DNA of 40,000 bases, from assembly GCA_028874675.1 (NCBI GenBank), contig JAPPJA010000038.1, positions 1 through 40,000 on the forward strand, given 5' to 3'. This document shows, piece after piece, positions 16,532 to 23,591 of the stretch. The translations under genes and the position numbers were made by a program. Below the pieces are notes generated by a model that saw only the letters and a program-made list of their open reading frames with translations, did not search any database and was not told the origin of the DNA. Within the stretch, counting starts at the first letter, position 1, and the number at the start of each line of letters is the position of its first letter. The stretch comes from Chloroflexota bacterium. Lineage in GTDB: Bacteria; Chloroflexota; Dehalococcoidia; Lucifugimonadales; UBA3495.

Positions 16532-16558
16532 GGTGCAAGCCTCGAATTTTGAAGGTTT

Positions 16559-17560
16559 CTACCGCCCCAGCAGCCCGAAGATTGACAGCAGGCCCGTGGC
16601 GGCGGTGGCGCCGGCGCGGCGGCCCCGACCGATGATGCGGCCGAATTCGCCCCGCTCCCAGATGACCACGAACTGGCTGGCTATGAAGATGGAACTGTAG
16701 GTACCCACGATCACGCCGATGGCCACCACCAGCAGCAGTTCACGGATGCTGGAACCGCCAATGAGGAGCATGGCCAGCAGCACCGTAAAGGTGGTGAAGC
16801 TGGTGTTGATGGACCGGCCCACGGTCTCCACGATGCTCAGGTTGACCACCGTGTCCAGGGCCCGGTCCGGGTAACGAATGACGTTCTCGCGGATGCGGTC
16901 GAAAATTACGATGGTATCGTTAACGCTGTAACCGGCCACGGTGAGAATGCCCACGATGAACATGGAGTTGACCTCCATGTTGAGCACGCGGCCCAGGATG
17001 GAGAACACGCCCAGCACCAGCAGGGTGTCGTGGATGAGGGTAAGGATGGCGCTGATACCGTAGCGGTAAGCCCGGGGCACCCGCCGGAAGGCATACCAGA
17101 TATACAGCAGGATGAACACCGAGGCCGCCGCCAGCGCGATTATGGCGTTGCGCACCGTTTCCTGGGCCACGATGGGCGAAGTGGAGTCGAAGTTGACGGC
17201 CAGCACCGGGGCCACATTCTGAGTAAGGTCGTCTTCAATTACCTGGCGCTCGGACTTGCCCCCGCCGGCGTCCTCGCTGAGCACCTTGGTACGGACCAGG
17301 AGCGTGCGGCTGCCGGTGCGCTGAATCAGGGCCTCGGGATGGCCCAGAAATTCCATGCGCTGCTGCACCTCGTCCTGGGACACGGACCTTTGAAAGGTAA
17401 TGTCCATGACGGAACCGCTGGTGAAGTCGATGCCCGGCCGCAGCCCGGAACCGCCGGTAACCCACCCGCCCGGGGGCAGGGCCAGTGAGAGTATTCCGGG
17501 AATCAGGAGCAGGGCCGAGAACAGGAAATACCAACCCCGCTTGCCTACGATGTTATACAT
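16559..17560 (-). CDS. secF: Protein translocase subunit SecF
   Basis: Typical SecF topology and motifs (DFTSGS, NDTIVIFDRIREN). GGAGG precedes the ATG. Located downstream of secD. Confidence 0.93.
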   Translation of the reverse strand: MYNIVGKRGWYFLFSALLLIPGILSLALPPGGWVTGGSGLRPGIDFTSGSVMDITFQRSVSQDEVQQRMEFLGHPEALIQRTGSRTLLVRTKVLSEDAGGGKSERQVIEDDLTQNVAPVLAVNFDSTSPIVAQETVRNAIIALAAASVFILLYIWYAFRRVPRAYRYGISAILTLIHDTLLVLGVFSILGRVLNMEVNSMFIVGILTVAGYSVNDTIVIFDRIRENVIRYPDRALDTVVNLSIVETVGRSINTSFTTFTVLLAMLLIGGSSIRELLLVVAIGVIVGTYSSIFIASQFVVIWERGEFGRIIGRGRRAGATAATGLLSIFGLLGR

Positions 17561-17637
17561 TCAATAGTTCCTCCGGGACCGAATTGTTAATCCAGGAATG
17601 TACGCGAACATTCAACAATTGAATAAGACTGATTTAC

Positions 17638-17664
17638 CCTCGTGCTTATTCGCGCCCATTCATG
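17638..17664 (-). repeat. CACGAAT-type heptamer array (degenerate) immediately after the secD stop
   Basis: On the minus strand: TGA-TAACTTGTT-CATGAAT-ggg-CGCGAAT-aag-CACGAGG. The 10-bp period falls at 17664, 17654 and 17644. Confidence 0.55.
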
Positions 17665-17673
17665 AACAAGTTA

Positions 17674-19698
17674 TCAAACGTTGCGGGGCTGCCCGGCGGC
17701 GCCGGCCCTGGCGCCGCTGCCGGGCCGTGGCGAGCCTTCGGGACTGAACAGGGCCATCTGCCGGCCCAGGCCAATCCAGGCCATGAGCTGCAGCAGGTTG
17801 CGGCTGAGTACTATGGCAGTGAACATGCTGACCACCACGCCGATGAACAGGGTGAAGGCAAAGCCCGTTACCAGGTCGTCGGCAGTGCGGCTGCCCAGCC
17901 ACAACAGCACCATGCAGGTAATTATTGTCGAGAAGTTGCCGTCGCGGATAGCCGGCCACGCCCGGCTGAACCCCACCTCCATGGAAGAGGCCAGGGTGCG
18001 GCCGATGCGAATTTCCTCTTTCATCCGCTCGAATATCAGGATGTTGGCGTCCACCGCCAGACCGATGGACAGGATGAATGCCCCGATACCCGACAGGCCC
18101 AGGGTAACGGGCACCAGCTTGAATACTGCCAGCACGACCACGGTGTAAAAGACCAGGGCCACGGCGGCTATGATGCCGGCCATGCGGTAGTAGGCCACCA
18201 TGAAAACCATCACCAACCCCAGCCCGATGATGCCGGCCAGCAGGCTCTTCTTCAGGGACTCCTCGCCCAGCAGGGCGTCCACATCGCTTTCCTGGATCAG
18301 CTCCAGCGGGACGGGCAGGCTGCCGGCTTCCAGCTGGATGGCCAGGGTGCGGGCCTCTTCCCGGGAGAAGTTGCCGGTAATGGAGCTGCGGCCATCGCGA
18401 ATCCAGGCCAGGGACACCGGGGCAATGAGAAGCTCATCGTCCAGGAATACGGCGATACGCTTGGTGTCTATGCCCACGATGCGCTGGGTCAGGTCGCCGA
18501 AGATGCCCGTGCCCCGGTCGCCGAAGGCGATGTTGACCTCCCACTCGCCGGTGTTGGGGTCGGTGGAGGCGAAGGCGCTCTCCAGGTCGTCGCCGGTAAG
18601 GCCGATCTCGGCGTCGGTAAAGGTGAAGCAGGTGACGTCGGAACAGGTACGCTCCTTGAACACCAGCTGGGCCGTCTGGCCGATGAGGGCCTTGGCCGTC
18701 TCGATGCCGCCGGTGGTTTCGAAGGTAACAACCTCGCCGACGCCCGACGACAGCGCGCTACGCAGGGCGCTCTGCTGGTTGACATTGATGGAGATGGTGC
18801 GAATTTCGTACTGGGTGTCCGACGAAGCGTCAACGGTGAAGTCCTCGTAGCCCTGGGCCGCCAGAACTCCCTCCACGGCCGAAGCGTCGGTGGGTTCGCT
18901 GAACCCGACCTGGGAAATGGAACCGCTGGCGCCGGGCAACTGAACGATAACCCGGTCCTCGCCAAACAGCTGAATGATGGGCTCCTCGGTACCGAAGAGG
19001 TTGACACGGCGGTTTATCCGGTCGAGGACGCCTTCCATCTGGTCTGCCGTGGGCGGCTGAATCTCGCTGAGGGAGAAGGAGGCGGTGCCCACAGTCTCGG
19101 TGGAAAATTCGGTTACTTCGCCTACCGCTTCCGCCAGGGCGGTTTCCAGTTCATCCAGCTGGCCTTCGTCCAGCGCGGAGGTCGTAGTAATTCGGAAGAA
19201 GTTATCCACACCGGTCTGTTCTACCTGGTAATTCTCCAGCCCCTGCTCCTGGGCCACGTCGTCAACCGCCGGGTCTTCGGGCAGGTCCAGTTCCGGATCA
19301 AAGCTGAATTCCACGCGAGTAAGGGTAATCGCGTCTTCCAGCCCCTCCTTAACCGCATCGTCCAGCAGGTCGGTGGTAACCACGTAGTTGCGGTCATCCA
19401 GCGGGCGGATGTCGTAGCCGGTCACATCGAAGCTTTCCAGGGCCTCTTCAACCACCACGCCCCGGGTGGGGTCGGCAAATCCCACCTCAATTCGGGTGCC
19501 CGTATCGGCCTGATAGACCAGGTGGCCGCCGCCGCTGAGGTCCAAACCCAGCTTCAGGCCCAGGGGACCGTCACCGCCCCGAACCAGGGCGGGAAACCCG
19601 GGGAGGTCTATGTTTATGTCCCGGAACCCCAGGGCAGCCGCGGAAAGCCCCAGAATGACCAGGATAAGGATGGAAAGCTGGACACTGCGCCTGCGCAT
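17674..19698 (-). CDS. secD: Protein translocase subunit SecD
   Basis: Large periplasmic-domain SecD with C-terminal TM bundle motifs (LDLSGGGHLVYQ, DANILIFERMKEE). AAGGAG precedes the ATG. Confidence 0.93.
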   Translation of the reverse strand: MRRRSVQLSILILVILGLSAAALGFRDINIDLPGFPALVRGGDGPLGLKLGLDLSGGGHLVYQADTGTRIEVGFADPTRGVVVEEALESFDVTGYDIRPLDDRNYVVTTDLLDDAVKEGLEDAITLTRVEFSFDPELDLPEDPAVDDVAQEQGLENYQVEQTGVDNFFRITTTSALDEGQLDELETALAEAVGEVTEFSTETVGTASFSLSEIQPPTADQMEGVLDRINRRVNLFGTEEPIIQLFGEDRVIVQLPGASGSISQVGFSEPTDASAVEGVLAAQGYEDFTVDASSDTQYEIRTISINVNQQSALRSALSSGVGEVVTFETTGGIETAKALIGQTAQLVFKERTCSDVTCFTFTDAEIGLTGDDLESAFASTDPNTGEWEVNIAFGDRGTGIFGDLTQRIVGIDTKRIAVFLDDELLIAPVSLAWIRDGRSSITGNFSREEARTLAIQLEAGSLPVPLELIQESDVDALLGEESLKKSLLAGIIGLGLVMVFMVAYYRMAGIIAAVALVFYTVVVLAVFKLVPVTLGLSGIGAFILSIGLAVDANILIFERMKEEIRIGRTLASSMEVGFSRAWPAIRDGNFSTIITCMVLLWLGSRTADDLVTGFAFTLFIGVVVSMFTAIVLSRNLLQLMAWIGLGRQMALFSPEGSPRPGSGARAGAAGQPRNV

Positions 19699-19793
19699 CG
19701 GTTACTCCTTTTGATTTGGCCCCAGGGGACACAAAGAGGCGCGAAGGAACCGGCCGGTTCATACCCCGGTACCTTCGCGCGCTGGAACTCTCC

Positions 19794-21257
19794 TCATTTC
19801 AAACCATCGGCCAGGGCCAGGGCTTCTTCCCGGGTGGAAATTTCGCCGGCGGCCCGCGCCTCGTCAATCTGCTCCAGCAGGCGGCCTATCTGGGGCCCCG
19901 GCGGGAGGTTCAGGCGCTGCATAAGGTCGTGACCCGTCACAAGCCGGCGGGCGCCCTCGGCCGGGGCCTGTTCCCGCCCGGCATGCAGCAAATTGCCTAA
20001 CATTCTAGCATGACTGGCCCAGCGGTCGGCTACAATCTCGGGTCCCTTGGCCGCCAGGTAGTCGGCCATGGCCAGGTAAATGGTGTCGATGGCCACGTCG
20101 CTCACGTCTCGATAGTAGCGATGCACGGCCCGGGGCGTGGGGTCCTCGTCGCCGTGGCGAAGCTGGGAGGGCCTCAGGTGGTGTTCCACCATGCGGGCAA
20201 CCATGGAGACGATTCTGGCGCTGAACCGCAGCCGGGTCAGCCGTTCCGTAACCATTTCCGCGCCCAGTTCCGAGTGACCCAGGAAGCGAATGCGGCCGGT
20301 CTTGTCGGGCCCCTTGGTCTGGGGCTTGGCGATGTCGTGGAGGAGGCCGGCCAGCTTCAGGACGGTGCGACGGGTAAAGCCGTCGCCTACTTCCTCGGCG
20401 AAATAGGCTTCCACCTCTTCATTCCAGGGCGCCAGGGAGTAGATGGCGGAGTTCTGGTGGCCGCGGGTAATCAGCTCCGCGTACTCCACCGTATGGAGGT
20501 TGTGGTTCCAGACGTCCCAGTAGTGGGCGCTGGGCTGGGCCACGCCCCTGGTCAGCTCCATTTCGGGGATGATTCGGCACAACAGGTCCAGCCGGTCCAG
20601 AACCTCCAGTTGTCCACGGGCGCCTTCCCCGGCCAGGATAAGCATGAACTCGTCGCGAACCCTTTCCGGGGCCACTTTTTCGAGTTGGAGCGCGTCCCGC
20701 CGAATTTGCCGGGCCGTTTCCGGGGCCAGCATGAACCGCAGTTGCCCCGCCAGGCGCGGACCCCGCAGCAGGCGGCCCGGGTCCAGGCGGAACACCTCGT
20801 CGTTCACTGTCCTTATCTGTTTGCGGTACACATCCTGCCGACCGCCGAAAGGGTCAACCAGGTCGTTTGCCCACTGGGCAGCGGGAATGGGCCATTCGTC
20901 CGGGTCATCGTCGAGCAGGGCGGGGTGGTCCAGGGGCAGAGCCATGGCGTTGACGGCGAAATCGCGCCGGTCCATGTCCTCGTTAATGGTGTCGTGGTAT
21001 CGGACCAGGTCCACCACCAGCGGCCCCTCGTCGCAGCCTACCCCTTCGGATGGCGGCGGGACGATTACCTGGTACACACCCCGGGCCAGGTTGTGGGGCT
21101 GGCAGACGCCGCCCAGATGACCGGCCAGCTCGCGGCCCAGTTCCTCCACCGACGCGACGGTGGGGGGCACAGCGATGTCCATGTCTCGCGGGCCGGAGGC
21201 GCCGCGGAAGTCGGCAATTTCGCCGCCGAGGAGGGAATCCCGCAGGAAGCCGCCCAC
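19794..21257 (-). CDS. cca: CCA-adding enzyme / tRNA nucleotidyltransferase with HD domain (5' end uncertain, may extend to ~21358)
   Basis: GGFLRDSLLG nucleotidyltransferase motif, and an HD domain (LLHDIAKP, GHSELG). The in-frame upstream peptide PAILNQIAQFFSTRFPPGEAGAYLV looks like the genuine N-terminus, but it has no canonical start codon. Confidence 0.85.
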   Translation of the reverse strand: MGGFLRDSLLGGEIADFRGASGPRDMDIAVPPTVASVEELGRELAGHLGGVCQPHNLARGVYQVIVPPPSEGVGCDEGPLVVDLVRYHDTINEDMDRRDFAVNAMALPLDHPALLDDDPDEWPIPAAQWANDLVDPFGGRQDVYRKQIRTVNDEVFRLDPGRLLRGPRLAGQLRFMLAPETARQIRRDALQLEKVAPERVRDEFMLILAGEGARGQLEVLDRLDLLCRIIPEMELTRGVAQPSAHYWDVWNHNLHTVEYAELITRGHQNSAIYSLAPWNEEVEAYFAEEVGDGFTRRTVLKLAGLLHDIAKPQTKGPDKTGRIRFLGHSELGAEMVTERLTRLRFSARIVSMVARMVEHHLRPSQLRHGDEDPTPRAVHRYYRDVSDVAIDTIYLAMADYLAAKGPEIVADRWASHARMLGNLLHAGREQAPAEGARRLVTGHDLMQRLNLPPGPQIGRLLEQIDEARAAGEISTREEALALADGLK

Positions 21258-21461
21258 CAGATAAGCGCCCGCCTCCCCGGGGGGGAAGCGAGTGGAGAAG
21301 AACTGGGCAATCTGATTAAGAATGGCGGGTTTTCCTGGCGGGTGAAGGCGCGCTTCACCGGATTTTGCTGTGCTGGAGAAACCGGGGCCTCATGGCCGCT
21401 GGAGGCCGGTCCGCGTCCCTGTCCTGGAAGGAAACAGGGGGAAACCTGCTCTCGGGACCGG

Positions 21462-22049
21462 TTACTCCGATTCCTCCCGGGATGCCCGGGGTTCCTGGGT
21501 TTCCTCGGCGGTGGCTTCGCCGTCGTTGGGTTCGCCGTCGGTGGGTTCGTCGTCAGTGGGTTCGGGCGGGTCTGCCTCGTAGGTAATTTTCCAGAAGCTC
21601 TCCCGCGAGACCAGGTGATCGATGTAGAGAACGCCGTTCAGGTGATCGGTCTCGTGCTCCAGCGCCTGGGCCAGCAGGCCATCAGCCTTGATGCGGACCA
21701 CCTTGCCGTTCAGGTCCAGGGCCCTGGCCCGTACCCGCTCAGAGCGCTTAACCGTCCCGCGATAGCCGGGAATGCTGAGGCAGCCCTCTTCGACCTCCCG
21801 TTCACCCTCCCGCCGGATGATTTCCGGATTGATCAAGACCAGCGGTTCGTTCCACTCGGGCAACTGGATTACGGCCACCTTTTGCAGGCCACCCACCTGG
21901 TTGGCGGCGAGGCCTACACCATGCTCGGCATGCATGGTCTCCACCATGTCGTCGGTGTACTGCTTCAGGCTGGCCGGAATCTGGGTGATGCGCCTTGTCT
22001 GCTGGCGCAGGATGGGGTCGGGAACATGCCGCATGGTCAAACGGGCCAA
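21462..22049 (-). CDS. def: Peptide deformylase with acidic repeat-containing C-terminal tail
   Basis: GVGLAANQVG, EGCLSIPG and HETDHLNG motifs. GGGAGG at 22064-22059 lies 9 nt before TTG 22049. ATG 22034 is an alternative start. The track start at 22184 is unlikely. Confidence 0.9.
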   Translation of the reverse strand: MARLTMRHVPDPILRQQTRRITQIPASLKQYTDDMVETMHAEHGVGLAANQVGGLQKVAVIQLPEWNEPLVLINPEIIRREGEREVEEGCLSIPGYRGTVKRSERVRARALDLNGKVVRIKADGLLAQALEHETDHLNGVLYIDHLVSRESFWKITYEADPPEPTDDEPTDGEPNDGEATAEETQEPRASREESE

Positions 22050-22210
22050 GGTGGGATACCTCCCGGGACGGATCAAGGGGACGAGGCCGTGAAATTTCGC
22101 GCCGGATTCAGCAAATAAGTATAGCCGAGGCGACTGAAAAGGGCAAAGAAAAGGTTGGCGCCGGTCCCGGGGAAACCGGCGCAAAGGCCACGTTGAAGGC
22201 CCGCCTGGCC

Positions 22211-22717
22211 TCAGCCCGCGGGCGGGTTGAAGGGCGGCATGGGCGGGGGAAAGTCCATGCTCTCGTCAGCCCGGGCCACTTCCTCGGGAACGAGCAGGCG
22301 GTTTATGATGCGCTCGCGTGAGGGCGCAGCCGAATAGTCGATATTCGGCCCGTGTTCCCTGATCTCCCATAGCCTTTCGATGAACCGTGATACGTCGGCC
22401 ACAAGCTGGTGCAGTAGAGGGTCTGTCAGTCGATCCTCGTAGTAGTTTTCGTGAAGCTGGTCGGCGATGGCCTGCAGATGCCTGAGTTCCGGCTGGTCGT
22501 ATTCATCCGCCAGCAAGTCAACAATTTCCCGCCGCAGGTTGTGGGAACTGTGGCGCCAGTTCCGGTCCTCCGCGATGGCTTTGACCGCCTGGGCCACCGC
22601 CCCGGAAGCCTTGTCCGACGCCTGCACGCGGTCTCCCTGCGTGTGCAGTTCGTAGTTGGCCTGTTCCAGCAGGCGGCGGCTCAGTTCCGCGTGACGATTG
22701 GCGTTGGCCAGGGACAT
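22211..22717 (-). CDS. PaREP1/HEPN-like helical protein, tandem paralog 1 (168 aa)
   Basis: QASDKASGAVAQAVKAIA and LHENYYED signatures. The start was chosen by collinearity with the paralog at 22905-23411 (MSLANANRH vs MSLVNANRH). Conserved proline-rich tail DESMDFPPPMPPFNPPAG. Confidence 0.6.
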   Translation of the reverse strand: MSLANANRHAELSRRLLEQANYELHTQGDRVQASDKASGAVAQAVKAIAEDRNWRHSSHNLRREIVDLLADEYDQPELRHLQAIADQLHENYYEDRLTDPLLHQLVADVSRFIERLWEIREHGPNIDYSAAPSRERIINRLLVPEEVARADESMDFPPPMPPFNPPAG

Positions 22718-22904
22718 GGTGGTAACCGCTGTTCCAGTGGGATGCGCTGGGTCTGCTCTCAATGCAGTGTAACCAGCGCCGGTGGGGCAAGTCCATACAT
22801 AGCGTGGTGATGCTTATAGGGGGGTTGGTCGGTGGCGGGCCCTTTGGCCGGGCTTCGGACGAGGGCGCCAAGGGGTGTGGGGAAACCCCTGGGCCCGCCT
22901 GGCC

Positions 22905-23411
22905 TCAGCCCGCGGGCGGGTTGAAGGGCGGCATGGGCGGGGGAAAGTCCATGCTCTCGTCAGCCTGGGCCACGTCCTCGGGGACGAGCAGACGGCCGAT
23001 GATGCCTAGCTGGTCCGGCGATGGAATAAACTCTGGGTCAGGGCCTTTCTCCCTTACAATCCATAGGGATTCAATGCGCTCGGTGATTTGTCCCAACAGG
23101 TAGGCGACAAGCACATCGCTCATCCGGTCCTCGTAGTAGTTTTCGTGCAGTTGATCGGCTATGCCCTGCAAGTTCACCAGGTCCGGCACATCGAACTCGC
23201 TGGCAATGAGCCCCACAATCTCCCGCCGCAGGTTGTGGGAGCCGTGGCGCCAGTTCCGGTCCTCCGCGATGGCCTTCACCGCCTGGGCCACCGCCCCGGA
23301 AGCCTTGTCCGACGCCTGCACCCGGTCTTCCTGCGTGTGCAGTTCGTAGTTGGCCTGTTCCAGCAGGCTTCGGCTCAGTTCGGCGTGGCGATTGGCGTTG
23401 ACCAGGGACAT
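22905..23411 (-). CDS. PaREP1/HEPN-like helical protein, tandem paralog 2 (168 aa)
   Basis: Same length as paralog 1. Near-identical N-terminal ~67 aa and C-terminal ~28 aa, with a divergent central ~70 aa. Confidence 0.6.
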   Translation of the reverse strand: MSLVNANRHAELSRSLLEQANYELHTQEDRVQASDKASGAVAQAVKAIAEDRNWRHGSHNLRREIVGLIASEFDVPDLVNLQGIADQLHENYYEDRMSDVLVAYLLGQITERIESLWIVREKGPDPEFIPSPDQLGIIGRLLVPEDVAQADESMDFPPPMPPFNPPAG

Positions 23412-23591
23412 GGTGGTAACCGCTTTTCAAGTGGGGTGCGCTGGGACTGCTCTCAATGCAGTTTAACCAGCGCCGGTGAGGCAAGTCCATACATAGCGTG
23501 GTGATGCTTATAGGGGGGTCGGTCGGTGGAGGGGCTTCCGGCAGGGCCCGGCGCCGGAGGGCACATCAGGGATTTCTCACGGGTCCCGTTT

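Larger units (their letters stand above)
22190..23535 (-). repeat. Tandem duplication, two 694-bp units (gene plus ~115-bp conserved leader)
   Basis: Starts (22717/23411), stops (22211/22905) and leader hairpins (22744-22779 / 23438-23473) are all offset by exactly 694 bp. Confidence 0.85.
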
